Numbered from the stretch's first letter, positions 15,085 through 23,873 are shown. The stretch: DNA of 32,000 nucleotides from Candidatus Saccharimonadota bacterium (GCA_041661045.1 JBAZVE010000001.1:930001-962000); one strand, 5' to 3'. Notes: generated by a model from the sequence alone, not told the origin. Numbers and translations: made by a program.

Positions 15085-16494
15085 ATGACTATTTTCCTCA
15101 CTGTTCTTGTTTTCCTCTTGGTTTTTTCTGCGTTGATTCTTGTGCACGAATTGGGGCATTTTTTTGCAGCGAAACGAGCAGGGGTGCAGGTGGAGGAATT
15201 TGGATTCGGTTTGCCTCCGCGCTTGTTTGGAGTCAAGAAAGGGGAAACACTCTATTCGCTCAACGCCATTCCCTTTGGAGGTTTTGTGCGCATGCTGGGT
15301 GAAGATGAATCCACCGAAGCTTCTCGCAAAAGCAAACGAAGTTTTTCCAATCAGCCTTTGCGCACGCAGGCTTGGATTGTGGTGGCGGGGGTTGTGATGA
15401 ACTTTCTTTTGGCCTTTGTGTTTTTAACGATTGGATTTTGGATTGGGATTGAACCGCTCATCAGTACCGAGGATGATTTTTACAATGGCATTCGGGAAGG
15501 CACGGTGAATATTGAACCCGGTTTAACGGAGGGTTTGGAGGAAGAAGGCGTGTATTTGCCTCGCTTGGTTTATCTTGCTCAAGAGGGAACGGTTTTTTCC
15601 GATAAACTTGAGAATGGGGATGTCATTATTCTTGTGAATGGTGAAGAAGTGCTCACGGAAGATGATTTTTTTGCTACGATTGAAGGGAAAAATAGCATGG
15701 AGCTTGAGGTCTACCGGGAAGGAACCGGAATTTTTCCAGTTGTGATCTCTTTACCTGAGATGCATCCAATCATTTCCTTTATTGAGCCGGAGTCGCCTGC
15801 AGAACTGGCGGGCCTTCAAGTTCAGGATCAAATCCTTCGTTTGGAAGGGGAGCCCGTTTATACCGCTGAACAAATCCTTGGACAAATGCCCTTGCTTGCC
15901 GGGGAAGATTTGATCACTTATACGATTTTGAGAAGTGGAGAGGAACAGGAATTGATCTTTGAAATTGCTCCTCGGCCTGAAGACGGTCGGGTGGGTATTG
16001 GGATTTCGGATCTCATCCCAAACACGGGAAATCTTTCGCTCTATCAAACCTATGTGCCACACACTCTTGTGGGGTTTGAAAAGATTCAGTATGGGTGGGC
16101 TGCGCCTTGGGTGGCTTTTAACGAAATGGGGCGACTCGCCAAGCTCACGGCTGTTTCTTTTGTGGGAGTGATTCAACAATTCATCACGGGTGGAGGTGTC
16201 TCCGCCGGAGTTTCCGGTCCCGTGGGCATCGCGCAAATGACTTTTGTGACGCTTCAAGATGGATTTGCGGCCATGCTTCGTTTCATCGCTTTGCTTTCTT
16301 TGAGTTTGGGGGTCATCAATATTTTGCCGATTCCCGCTTTGGACGGAGGCAAATTTTTCTTTATTCTGGTGCGCGGAATCACGGGCAAAAAATTCAATCC
16401 CAAATATGAGCAGCTCATTCATGCCGCCGGCTTTTTGTTTCTCATCGTGCTCATTCTTGCGATCACCTTCAACGATATCATGAATTTATTTTAG
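15085..16494 (+). CDS. rseP: Site-2 (M50) intramembrane zinc metalloprotease RseP
   Basis: 469 aa. HELGHF in the first TM helix, PDZ-like middle region (SPAELAGLQVQDQILRLEGEPV) and the C-terminal NILPIPALDGG motif. Confidence 0.9.
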   Translation: MTIFLTVLVFLLVFSALILVHELGHFFAAKRAGVQVEEFGFGLPPRLFGVKKGETLYSLNAIPFGGFVRMLGEDESTEASRKSKRSFSNQPLRTQAWIVVAGVVMNFLLAFVFLTIGFWIGIEPLISTEDDFYNGIREGTVNIEPGLTEGLEEEGVYLPRLVYLAQEGTVFSDKLENGDVIILVNGEEVLTEDDFFATIEGKNSMELEVYREGTGIFPVVISLPEMHPIISFIEPESPAELAGLQVQDQILRLEGEPVYTAEQILGQMPLLAGEDLITYTILRSGEEQELIFEIAPRPEDGRVGIGISDLIPNTGNLSLYQTYVPHTLVGFEKIQYGWAAPWVAFNEMGRLAKLTAVSFVGVIQQFITGGGVSAGVSGPVGIAQMTFVTLQDGFAAMLRFIALLSLSLGVINILPIPALDGGKFFFILVRGITGKKFNPKYEQLIHAAGFLFLIVLILAITFNDIMNLF

Positions 16495-16587
16495 GGTGTG
16501 AACAAGGGCTAACCCAACGGGTTGTTGTTCGCTTGCTTGTGAGCCACTAGCTTTGCGCCACTGCGGATTCTTCTGTCAAAGAGTTTT

Positions 16588-16599
16588 GCACAATTGTGC
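16588..16599. promoter_or_regulatory. Perfect 12-bp palindrome GCACAATTGTGC upstream of dnaA (possible operator)
   Basis: The self-complementarity was checked by hand. It lies 55 nt before the dnaA ATG. A candidate promoter TTGCGA (16601-16606)-18 nt-AATAAT (16625-16630) follows it. Confidence 0.3.
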
Positions 16600-16653
16600 C
16601 TTGCGAGTTTTGAACAATTCCCGCAATAATGACATCCCATTTCCCATGCACTT

Positions 16654-18078
16654 ATGTCTGCTGTTCTTCCCGGGCAAGATCTTTGGCTTCAAATTCTGGA
16701 AAAGGTTGAAGTAGAGCTTAAAAGGCCTCATTTCCTCACTTGGTTCCAAAACACCGCGCTGCTGTCTTTTCATGACGGTCTTTTGGTGGTGGGAGTGCCT
16801 AATATTTTTGCTAAGGATTGGCTTGAGAACAAAGTGGGCACGCAACTCATGGAAGCGATCAAGTCCGTGCATCCGGAGGTTCGTGAACTCATGATTGAAG
16901 TGGATCCGCATTTGGCTTTGCCCGAAGACAGTCGCGGGGTGGATGTGAACAAATCGTTTGGAACGAAAGAAAAGAAAACTCGCAAACTTCCGGGGCGCCA
17001 AGAAGTCCGTTTGCTTGAGGGAATTTCGAGCAAATGTCTGAACCCCAAATATTCTTTGCACAACTTTGTCGTTGGTCCCAGTAATCGTTTGGCCCACGCC
17101 GCCTCCTTGGCGGTGGGAATGAGCCCAGGGTCCATTTATAATCCTCTCTTCGTCTACGGGGGCGTGGGCCTCGGAAAAACCCATTTACTGCAAGCCACCG
17201 GAAATGAAATCTTGCGCAACGATCCCAACAAGGTGGTGGTGTACATGACCAGCGAACGGTTCACCAATGAAATTGTGGAAGCCATCGGAAAGCGCAACTC
17301 CAAAGATTTTAAGGATAAATACCGTCGAGTGGACTGTCTCATTATTGATGACATTCAATTCTTGGCCAACAAGGATCGTACGCAGGAAGAGTTTTTTCAC
17401 ACCTTCAATGAACTGTACGACAACGGAAAGCAAATCATCATCAGCTCCGATCGTCCCCCCAAAGAGTTGGACTCTTTGCAAGACCGTTTGGTGAGCCGCT
17501 TTGAAATGGGCATGATTGTGGATGTTCAGTTCCCCGATTACGAAACACGGCTTGCCATCCTGCATGCCAAGTGCCGTGACCATGAGGTTTTGATTCATCC
17601 CGAAGTCTTGGAGTTCATTGCCATGAATGTGCACGATTCCATTCGTGAGCTCGAAGGCGTGCTCATTCAAGCCATTGCTCAAGCCGAATTGGAACATTCT
17701 ACTCCCACGGTTCGCAGCGTGGCCAAGATCATTAAAAAACTTGGGCGAGAAACTTCTTTGCAGTCGGACGGCGTGGTAGAAAACACGCAAGCCCTTCATG
17801 CGGAAGATGTGATTGATCTTGTGGGCCGCTATTTCCGTATTCCGGCTGAGGAACTTTTAGGGGATTCCAGAAAAAGTGGAGTCATTCTTCCCCGACAAGT
17901 GGTGATGTATTTGCTTCGTCACGAACTCAATCTTGCTTATGAACAGATTGGATCGGAGTGTGGAGGTAAAAACCACACCACGGTGATGCATGCGTGCACC
18001 AAAATTGAGAAGCAGCTTAAGAAAGATAAAAACTTGCTTCGCGACATCAATTCCATTAAGAAAGAGATGGGACTTTAG
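16654..18078 (+). CDS. dnaA: Chromosomal replication initiator DnaA
   Basis: 474 aa. Domain I (LWLQILEKVEVEL...FLTWF), AAA+ Walker A GGVGLGKTHLL, Walker B LIIDDIQF, and C-terminal DNA-binding region (...GGKNHTTVMHACTKIE). Confidence 0.95.
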   Translation: MSAVLPGQDLWLQILEKVEVELKRPHFLTWFQNTALLSFHDGLLVVGVPNIFAKDWLENKVGTQLMEAIKSVHPEVRELMIEVDPHLALPEDSRGVDVNKSFGTKEKKTRKLPGRQEVRLLEGISSKCLNPKYSLHNFVVGPSNRLAHAASLAVGMSPGSIYNPLFVYGGVGLGKTHLLQATGNEILRNDPNKVVVYMTSERFTNEIVEAIGKRNSKDFKDKYRRVDCLIIDDIQFLANKDRTQEEFFHTFNELYDNGKQIIISSDRPPKELDSLQDRLVSRFEMGMIVDVQFPDYETRLAILHAKCRDHEVLIHPEVLEFIAMNVHDSIRELEGVLIQAIAQAELEHSTPTVRSVAKIIKKLGRETSLQSDGVVENTQALHAEDVIDLVGRYFRIPAEELLGDSRKSGVILPRQVVMYLLRHELNLAYEQIGSECGGKNHTTVMHACTKIEKQLKKDKNLLRDINSIKKEMGL

Positions 18079-18081
18079 TCT

Positions 18082-19236
18082 ATGCAGACCACTTACTACC
18101 GTCGTTACCAGGCTCCTAAGAAAAAAAACAGCAGTTTCCGCTCGTTCTTTTGGCTCGTTTTATTCTTGGTTTTTGCGCTTTTGTTGCTCCGTGCCTGTAT
18201 CTCTGTTGCCAGCTCCATGCTGGAGGAAAAGAAAGATGAAGCCGTGCTCACGCTCTATAAAGGGGAGGCGGAGATTTTGGAATGGGGCCAACAGGAACCC
18301 AAAAAAGCTTCGGATGCACAGCTGATTTTGGAGGGAGATCAAGTGCGGGTTGGGCCCGATTCTTGGGCAATCCTTTCTTTTTACGATGACACTAAGATTT
18401 TTATGGACGCCAATAGTTCTTTGACGCTCTCTGCCGTTCAGATTGCCGAAGACAGCGAACAGGTGCTCTTGCAACTTACAGAGGGGCGCATTTGGGTGAA
18501 TCACAAAGAAAACGAGGATCAAATTCTGGATGTTCGTGTTCAAACGGCAGCCATGAGTATTCAATCTCTGCAGGGACAATATTTGATTTCTCATTTGGGT
18601 GAGCAGGAAGCTCTTTTTGTGGAAGAGGGGCCGGTAACCGTGGAATATTTGGATCGCAGTGAAGAAGACCGCACCATTGAAACTTTGGTGTTTAAAGGGG
18701 GTGAGATGAGTCTTTTGGATGAAGACACTCAAATTGCACTTCAGGCTCGTGAGAATGTGAATTTAAAAGAACCTCTTCGAGAAGACGCGTTTACGGATTC
18801 TTTCTCTTTGTGGAGTCGTGGAGAGCTGGTGGCCATGGAAGAAGAGCCAAGGGAGATTGCGGAAGAGGAAGAAGAAACCTCTCTAGAGGAGGCCGAAATT
18901 CCTGACGAAGAGGCTGTGGTCGAACCTGAAACCACGACCGGTCTTAAAATTTCCATCCTTTCCCCGGCCTCCGGTTCCACTATTAAAAAAGATGCCATTG
19001 CGATTGAGGGGCAGATTGTGTCCGGAACGGCCAGCACCGTCACCGTGACTTGGTCCGGCAATGGGGCGCCCTACACCTTGGGCAGTTTTGTGGCCGGCAG
19101 CAGCAGTTTCCGCTATGTGGCCGACACCGATTATGCCAATTACTCTTTGGGCTCCAACACCTACACCATTGTGGCTTATGATGAAAATGGGCAGGTGAGC
19201 AACACGGTTACCATCACTCTCAATGCAGAATTCTAG
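18082..19236 (+). CDS. Membrane-anchored FecR-domain-like protein with an Ig-like C-terminus
   Basis: 384 aa with an N-terminal TM helix (FFWLVLFLVFALLLL). GEAEILEWG...LILEGDQVRVGPDSWAILSFYDDTKIFMDANSSLTL...LTEGRIWV resembles the FecR sensor fold pattern. An acidic linker leads to a beta-rich end (LKISILSPASGSTIKKDAIAIEGQIV...). Confidence 0.55.
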   Translation: MQTTYYRRYQAPKKKNSSFRSFFWLVLFLVFALLLLRACISVASSMLEEKKDEAVLTLYKGEAEILEWGQQEPKKASDAQLILEGDQVRVGPDSWAILSFYDDTKIFMDANSSLTLSAVQIAEDSEQVLLQLTEGRIWVNHKENEDQILDVRVQTAAMSIQSLQGQYLISHLGEQEALFVEEGPVTVEYLDRSEEDRTIETLVFKGGEMSLLDEDTQIALQARENVNLKEPLREDAFTDSFSLWSRGELVAMEEEPREIAEEEEETSLEEAEIPDEEAVVEPETTTGLKISILSPASGSTIKKDAIAIEGQIVSGTASTVTVTWSGNGAPYTLGSFVAGSSSFRYVADTDYANYSLGSNTYTIVAYDENGQVSNTVTITLNAEF

Positions 19237-19846
19237 CCCCTTCATTGACCTCACTCGTTTAACCACTTCGGGGATGCCCGTGTATCCCGGTGATGAATCC
19301 CCTGAATTGCTGCAAACGCTGGATTTTGAAGAATATCATTGTGTGAATCACTCCATAAAAAGCAGCATGCATGTGGGCACGCATATGGATGGTCCCATGC
19401 ACATGGTCAAAGAAGGCCGTCGGCTTTGTGATATTGAAGTCGAGCGGTTCTTTGGGCGAGGTCTTTTGGTGGATGCACGAGGTAAAAATCTTTTGGACAC
19501 GGATCTGCTCCCTGCGGATATTCATGCGGGCGACATTGTACTTTTTTGGACGGACTGGGGCAGCCACTTTGGCCAGCCGGTTTATTTCGAAAACTTCCCC
19601 GTGCTCACAGAGGCACTCGCGCAGCGATTGGTGGAACTCAAAGTTAAAATGGTTGGGCTCGATACTCCAAGTCCTGATCACGAGCCTTATGCCGTTCACC
19701 GCATCCTACTTAAGGAGGAGATTTTAATTGTGGAAAATCTCACCGGTTTAGCGGCTTTAGACGGAAAATCCTTTGAAGTGACCGCTCTTCCCACAAAATA
19801 TGCCGCAGATAGTGCTCCGGCTCGTGTGATCGCTAGGTTAGTCTAA
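19223..19846 (+). CDS. Cyclase-family protein (kynurenine formamidase-like)
   Basis: 207 aa. SMHVGTHMDGPMHM fits the HxGTHxDxPxH metal-binding signature of the putative cyclase / arylformamidase family. It overlaps the upstream gene by 14 nt. Confidence 0.75.
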   Translation: MQNSSPFIDLTRLTTSGMPVYPGDESPELLQTLDFEEYHCVNHSIKSSMHVGTHMDGPMHMVKEGRRLCDIEVERFFGRGLLVDARGKNLLDTDLLPADIHAGDIVLFWTDWGSHFGQPVYFENFPVLTEALAQRLVELKVKMVGLDTPSPDHEPYAVHRILLKEEILIVENLTGLAALDGKSFEVTALPTKYAADSAPARVIARLV

Positions 19847-21601
19847 ATACCCATTCAGTTCCCCCAATTTTTCGTAGTGGAATTTGCCGTTTAATCCAGT
19901 TAAATTTTCTACAGATGTTGGAGTGCCCCATTTACTATGAATGGGTGAGTCCTCTCCAGCCAAGACGGAGGCTACTTCACAATCCTGTGTTAGGAGCCAG
20001 AGGCCGCCTCTCAATGTATCGTAAGCCACAATGACGCCGGCATCGGTGAGGTAATACGCATTTCCTCGTTGGCGGGGGACGCCTTCTATGCCAGTGGTCA
20101 CATCGCCCAAAACCAGTTGTGCGGTGCAGATCCATTCGGCGGCATCCGCTTCAAACAGGGTATCTGGGTTTGACCCGTTTTGAAGCAATCTATATTGCTT
20201 CACCTCAATAGGGCCTAAGACGCCTTCCTTTTCAATGGCTGGGAAAAGATCATAATTGGCTACTCGGAGTTCACCGTCGTGTGTTTTTGTAGCATCTGTT
20301 GAATGGGGAAATCGATAGGCCTCACCTCCATTTGAATCGTTGGGGAGTTCAATGTGTTGTCCCTCGAACTCTGCAAAGGGAGTTTCTCCCGGATTTGTAA
20401 ATAGCATGGATTTTCCGGTCTCCGGCTCCACAAAAAGACTGAAGGAACGAACCGTGCCGTCATCCGTGGGCTCCATGAGTGGGGAGGTAATGCCTAGGGT
20501 TGGGCTTTCTTCAGTTGAAAGAGCCGCCACTTGGAGTGAATTGAGATACGGTTGATTACTGATGGTGGTGCTGTTGAGTAACGAGGTGACATCTTCCGGA
20601 TAAATTGAAGCAGCATCGGGAGCTTGTATAAATGCTCCGGGGCAGTCGAAAACGGAAGGGTCGTCTGCACAGGATTTATTTTCAACTTCATAGGACAGGG
20701 CGTACAGGATCGGATTCCCGTTTGAGTCGCTTGCATGGACCAGATTGTGGTGGATCAGAGTGTCATTGAGGTCGTTGGCTATTGAGAGCTCACCGTCAGA
20801 AATTTCTATTACGGGTAGGTCTTGCCATGCCTCGGCGAAGGAGGTTTCAAGGCCGCACTTTGCCACGCCTTCTTCATAATCACAACCCATGGGTTCAATT
20901 CCCCAGGAAGACTTACCCATGACTTTCCCTATAGAACCTGAACTTGTAATAACGGTTCCAAAAACCAAGCCTGTTACGGGGTCTACCGTTATGCCCCCCC
21001 ATAAGGTTGAGTCATCGGTGGAATCCCCATTCCCTGAGTTGATGGTGGTTAAAGGAATACTCTCTCCATCCAGTGCTTCGGCCAGCGCCGAAAGATTTCC
21101 CATCGTGATGTGGTCTGGAGCGGCCAGGCCTGCAATTTGAGCCTCATCAAGGGTCTGCATGGGGACCGTTGTTCCCACCACGCATGAGAAATCGGTTCCA
21201 TGCACCGTCACTTGTACTTCAGCGTCGGGGAAGGCTTGATGGAGCGGATTGTTCGCTCGTGTTTCAGGGAATCCGTGTATTTGAACCTCGAGATTTTCAT
21301 CCAATGCCAGTCCGTTTAAGGAGTAATGCACGGTTCCCGCCATGGCCTGGATGAGCAGATCCACTTCAGTAACGGGCAGGTCCGTGTCCACCCTTAAATC
21401 GGCAGTGTTCCCTGGATTTGCTTGAATATTGATACTCAGCCCTTCACAGGGGGGAGTAGCTCCTCCATCGGAGTTGCCCGAGTCCCCTGAGTCACCTGAA
21501 TCGGTGAAAGGGGAAGAAGCGCTGTCCATTTGTTTCGGAGAACAGCCGCTGAGTACGGTCGAGAGCAACAGGGGTGCCAAGTGACTGAATTTGAGGGCCA
21601 T
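19838..21601 (-). CDS. Hypothetical lipoprotein (587 aa)
   Basis: Lipobox LSTVLSGC at residues ~13-20, followed by an SGDSGDSGNSDGG linker. The large body looks beta-rich and I cannot assign a confident family. Its 3' end overlaps the convergent cyclase gene by 9 nt. Confidence 0.65.
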   Translation of the reverse strand: MALKFSHLAPLLLSTVLSGCSPKQMDSASSPFTDSGDSGDSGNSDGGATPPCEGLSINIQANPGNTADLRVDTDLPVTEVDLLIQAMAGTVHYSLNGLALDENLEVQIHGFPETRANNPLHQAFPDAEVQVTVHGTDFSCVVGTTVPMQTLDEAQIAGLAAPDHITMGNLSALAEALDGESIPLTTINSGNGDSTDDSTLWGGITVDPVTGLVFGTVITSSGSIGKVMGKSSWGIEPMGCDYEEGVAKCGLETSFAEAWQDLPVIEISDGELSIANDLNDTLIHHNLVHASDSNGNPILYALSYEVENKSCADDPSVFDCPGAFIQAPDAASIYPEDVTSLLNSTTISNQPYLNSLQVAALSTEESPTLGITSPLMEPTDDGTVRSFSLFVEPETGKSMLFTNPGETPFAEFEGQHIELPNDSNGGEAYRFPHSTDATKTHDGELRVANYDLFPAIEKEGVLGPIEVKQYRLLQNGSNPDTLFEADAAEWICTAQLVLGDVTTGIEGVPRQRGNAYYLTDAGVIVAYDTLRGGLWLLTQDCEVASVLAGEDSPIHSKWGTPTSVENLTGLNGKFHYEKLGELNGYLD

Positions 21602-21664
21602 TTTTAAAACGAAAGAAGAAGGATTGAGTGCTACTCTAAGCCAAAAATGCTTCTTTGTCTAGCC

Positions 21665-22663
21665 TTACTCCAAGTACGCTGCCTTGTTTGCCTCATGTTC
21701 TTCGTTGGTGGTGGCGTAGTGGACGGCGCCGTCCATGTCGGTGAGGTAGTAGAAATATTCGGATTCTTCCGGATAAATGGTGGCCATCAAGCTGGCGAGA
21801 CCCGGGTTGCTGATGGCGGTGGGGGTGAGACCCGTATTTAAACGGGTGTTGTAGGGACTGTCTTCGGCCAGGTCGGCGGCGGTGAGCTCGTTGTCGTCTT
21901 GAATGTAGAGCAGTGTGGCATCAATACCCAAATACCAGCCGTTGTCGTATCGTTTCCAAATGATGCCGGCCACGATGGGCAAATCCTCCTCGGTGCGGAC
22001 TTCGCGTTCCACCATGGAGGCCACGATCACCACCTCGCTTAAACTGCGATCCGAGGCTTCGATGGCGGCCGTCATCTCGTCGGTCAATCGGTTGTCGAAG
22101 TTCTGCAGCATCATGTTGATGAGGTTTTCGCTGCTGAATGTGGCACTATCTATAAAATAGGTGTCGGGGAAGAGGTAGCCCTCCAAACTTGCGTCTTCTT
22201 CCAGGAAATCATAGTCAAAGGAGCAGGTTTTGGCACATTCTTCAAAAGCTCCGGCTCCAATCAGTCCCATTTCAGCCAGTTCCGCATCCATTTCGGCGAT
22301 GGTCCAGCCTTCGGGAGCGGTGAACGCGAGCTCGCCGGTGCCTTCGGTGGTCAAAACCGTTATGATTTCTCGGAGCGTCATGCCGGGGCTCAGTACAAAG
22401 CGGCCGTAGCGCAGGCTTCCATCCAATTCCTCCTCTTTTACGGTTCGTACAAAACTCTTGTCGCTTACAATGAGATCTTCATTCTCCAGGTTTTGAGCGA
22501 TGCTTTTGGCACTGGACCCTTTTTCTACCTCAAAAACTACTTTTTCCGTGTTCCCATGGTCTGCCGCCTCATTCAAATCCCGTCGCCAAAAGGGCTCCCA
22601 CACGGTCCATACGACCACCAGGAGTAAACCCAAGAAAAGAAGTTGTAGAAGGCGTTTTTCCAT
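21665..22663 (-). CDS. mltG: Endolytic murein transglycosylase MltG (YceG family)
   Basis: 332 aa. N-terminal TM helix, the YceG signature LEGYLFPDTYF, and ...ASMVEREV...PYNTRLNTGLTPTAISNPG. Confidence 0.9.
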   Translation of the reverse strand: MEKRLLQLLFLGLLLVVVWTVWEPFWRRDLNEAADHGNTEKVVFEVEKGSSAKSIAQNLENEDLIVSDKSFVRTVKEEELDGSLRYGRFVLSPGMTLREIITVLTTEGTGELAFTAPEGWTIAEMDAELAEMGLIGAGAFEECAKTCSFDYDFLEEDASLEGYLFPDTYFIDSATFSSENLINMMLQNFDNRLTDEMTAAIEASDRSLSEVVIVASMVEREVRTEEDLPIVAGIIWKRYDNGWYLGIDATLLYIQDDNELTAADLAEDSPYNTRLNTGLTPTAISNPGLASLMATIYPEESEYFYYLTDMDGAVHYATTNEEHEANKAAYLE

Positions 22664-22703
22664 CGAGTAATAGGTTGATGCTGATAATGAAGTTGATAAT
22701 ATT

Positions 22704-22752
22704 GATGCAGCTTGCGCTGCTTTATTGCTTAGCCTTCGCTGCGCTCCGGCAT
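22704..22752 (-). repeat. Leader-element copy 1 (spans the ybaB 3' end and the ybaB-mltG spacer) with a GNRA hairpin
   Basis: Minus strand: ATGCCGGAGCGCAGCGAAGGCTAAGCAATAAAGCAGCGCAAGCTGCATC. Hairpin GCAGC-GCAA-GCTGC lies at 22707-22720. The element ends 40 nt upstream of the mltG ATG. Confidence 0.65.
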
Positions 22753-23052
22753 GCTCGGCATTTCCATGCCCAAATCTCCCATCATGCCGCGCATTTTTTC
22801 TGCGGCGAGCTCTTGAGATTTCTTAATGGCCTTGTTGAAGGCGGCGAGCAGGTCTGTTTGCAGTTTGATCCGGTTCTCGGTGGTGAGCATTTCAGGAGGG
22901 ATACGCACTTCCATCACTTCTTGTTCTCCGTTGATCACTACGGCGATTCCGTTCACTTCCGCCTCAATATGAAGGTTTTTGAGCTCTTCCTTTATCTTTT
23001 TGGCTTGTTTTTGCAGTTTATATAAATCCTTTGCTTGTCCAAAGAGTCCCAT
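22729..23052 (-). CDS. ybaB: Nucleoid-associated protein YbaB/EbfC
   Basis: 107 aa. MGLFGQAKDLYKLQKQAKKIKEELKNLHIEAEVNGIAVVINGEQEVMEVRIPPEML...LLAAFNKAIKKSQ follows the YbaB/EbfC pattern. Confidence 0.9.
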   Translation of the reverse strand: MGLFGQAKDLYKLQKQAKKIKEELKNLHIEAEVNGIAVVINGEQEVMEVRIPPEMLTTENRIKLQTDLLAAFNKAIKKSQELAAEKMRGMMGDLGMEMPSMPERSEG

Positions 23053-23079
23053 GGAGAAAAATTAAGATTAAGTGGGCCT

Positions 23080-23108
23080 AGTATAGCGCTTTAAAGGCAA
23101 GCTTCCAA
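23080..23108 (-). promoter_or_regulatory. Candidate ybaB promoter (TTGGAA-17 nt-TATACT on the minus strand)
   Basis: The plus strand shows AGTATA at 23080-23085 and TTCCAA at 23103-23108 with a 17-nt spacer. The -10 element ends 27 nt upstream of the ybaB ATG. Confidence 0.5.
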
Positions 23109-23117
23109 ATTTTCCTC

Positions 23118-23146
23118 TTGCCATCTTGGGCCTCTGTCGCTAAAAT
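23118..23146 (+). promoter_or_regulatory. Candidate rplY/ctc promoter (TTGCCA-17 nt-TAAAAT)
   Basis: TTGCCA at 23118-23123 and TAAAAT at 23141-23146. It sits back-to-back with the ybaB promoter. The implied leader of about 55 nt contains leader-element copy 2. Confidence 0.55.
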
Positions 23147-23150
23147 CCCT

Positions 23151-23187
23151 CCGCAAGCTGAAGCGAAGCGAAGGCTAAGCAAGAAAG
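23151..23187 (+). repeat. Leader-element copy 2 (in the rplY 5' leader)
   Basis: CCGCAAGCTGAAGCGAAGCGAAGGCTAAGCAAGAAAG. Positions 23157-23187 are the reverse complement of 22720-22750 at 27 of 31 positions. The element ends 19 nt before the rplY ATG. Confidence 0.65.
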
Positions 23188-23206
23188 TCCCGTTATATAA
23201 GAATAT

Positions 23207-23866
23207 ATGGATAAAGTCACTTTTCCCGTTCAAACTCGAGATACTAGCGTGAAGGCACAGACTCTTCGAAAGAAGAATTTAATTCCTGCCGAATACTACG
23301 GTCGTGGAGTTGAAAACATGAGCCTTCAAATGGAATACCAGCCTTTTCGTAAACTTTACAAAAAAGCAGGTTCCAATACCGTGATTGATCTTGAAATTGA
23401 AGGGAAGGGAATGAAGAATGTTTTGATCCATAATGTGGCTCTCCACCCTGTTACCGGTCTTTACACTCATGTGGAATTCATCAATGTGCGTATGGATCAA
23501 GAAGTAACCACCACGATTCCTGTTCGATTGGAAGGTCAGGCTCCTGCCGTTAAGGAATTGGCGGGTATTTTGATCCAAAACTTGGATGGTATTGAAGTGA
23601 CTTGTTTGCCTAAAGACTTGGTTCACGAAATTATTGTGGATGTGTCCAGCCTCGTGGACTTCAACAGCTCCATTACCGTTGGAGATCTCAAGATTCCTGC
23701 CGGAATCACAGTCCTCAATGAACTTGAAGCATCCGTTGCTTATGTCACTCAACCTCAAGAAGAGGAAGTGGCTGCCACTGAACCTGTTGATGTCTCTGCT
23801 GTGGAAGTGACCACAGAGAAGAAGGAGGGTGAGGAAGGTGCTGCGGAAGAGAAGAAAGAAGAATAA
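23207..23866 (+). CDS. rplY: 50S ribosomal protein L25, Ctc (general stress) form
   Basis: 219 aa. ...RKKNLIPAEYYGRG...HPVTGLYTHVEFINV..., two-domain Ctc length with an acidic C-terminal tail (EGEEGAAEEKKEE). Confidence 0.9.
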   Translation: MDKVTFPVQTRDTSVKAQTLRKKNLIPAEYYGRGVENMSLQMEYQPFRKLYKKAGSNTVIDLEIEGKGMKNVLIHNVALHPVTGLYTHVEFINVRMDQEVTTTIPVRLEGQAPAVKELAGILIQNLDGIEVTCLPKDLVHEIIVDVSSLVDFNSSITVGDLKIPAGITVLNELEASVAYVTQPQEEEVAATEPVDVSAVEVTTEKKEGEEGAAEEKKEE

Positions 23867-23873
23867 TCTCTGT

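Noticed and set aside
16495-16653. oriC next to dnaA
   Set aside because: No cluster of TTATCCACA-like boxes is present; the best match is 7 of 9. I saw no AT-rich unwinding element either. Isolated 8/9 matches elsewhere (TAATCCACA at 3734-3742, TGTGGATGA near 13000) are single and sit in the groES-groEL spacer or in coding sequence.
21626-21634. Second CIRCE element upstream of the lipoprotein gene
   Set aside because: Only a half-site (GAGTGCTAC) is present. No matching inverted partner occurs at the 9-nt spacing.
22675-23025. 116-aa plus-strand ORF overlapping ybaB
   Set aside because: It is antisense to a clear YbaB/EbfC homologue and has no motifs. Its apparent start lies inside the mltG-ybaB spacer without promoter support.
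22720-23187. ybaB as an invertible DNA switch bracketed by the 27/31 inverted repeat
   Set aside because: No recombinase gene is nearby. A third copy in direct orientation exists at 24117-24169. Inversion would separate both ybaB and rplY from their predicted promoters. A shared leader or REP-like element explains the data better, and this is kept as an alternative in the finding.
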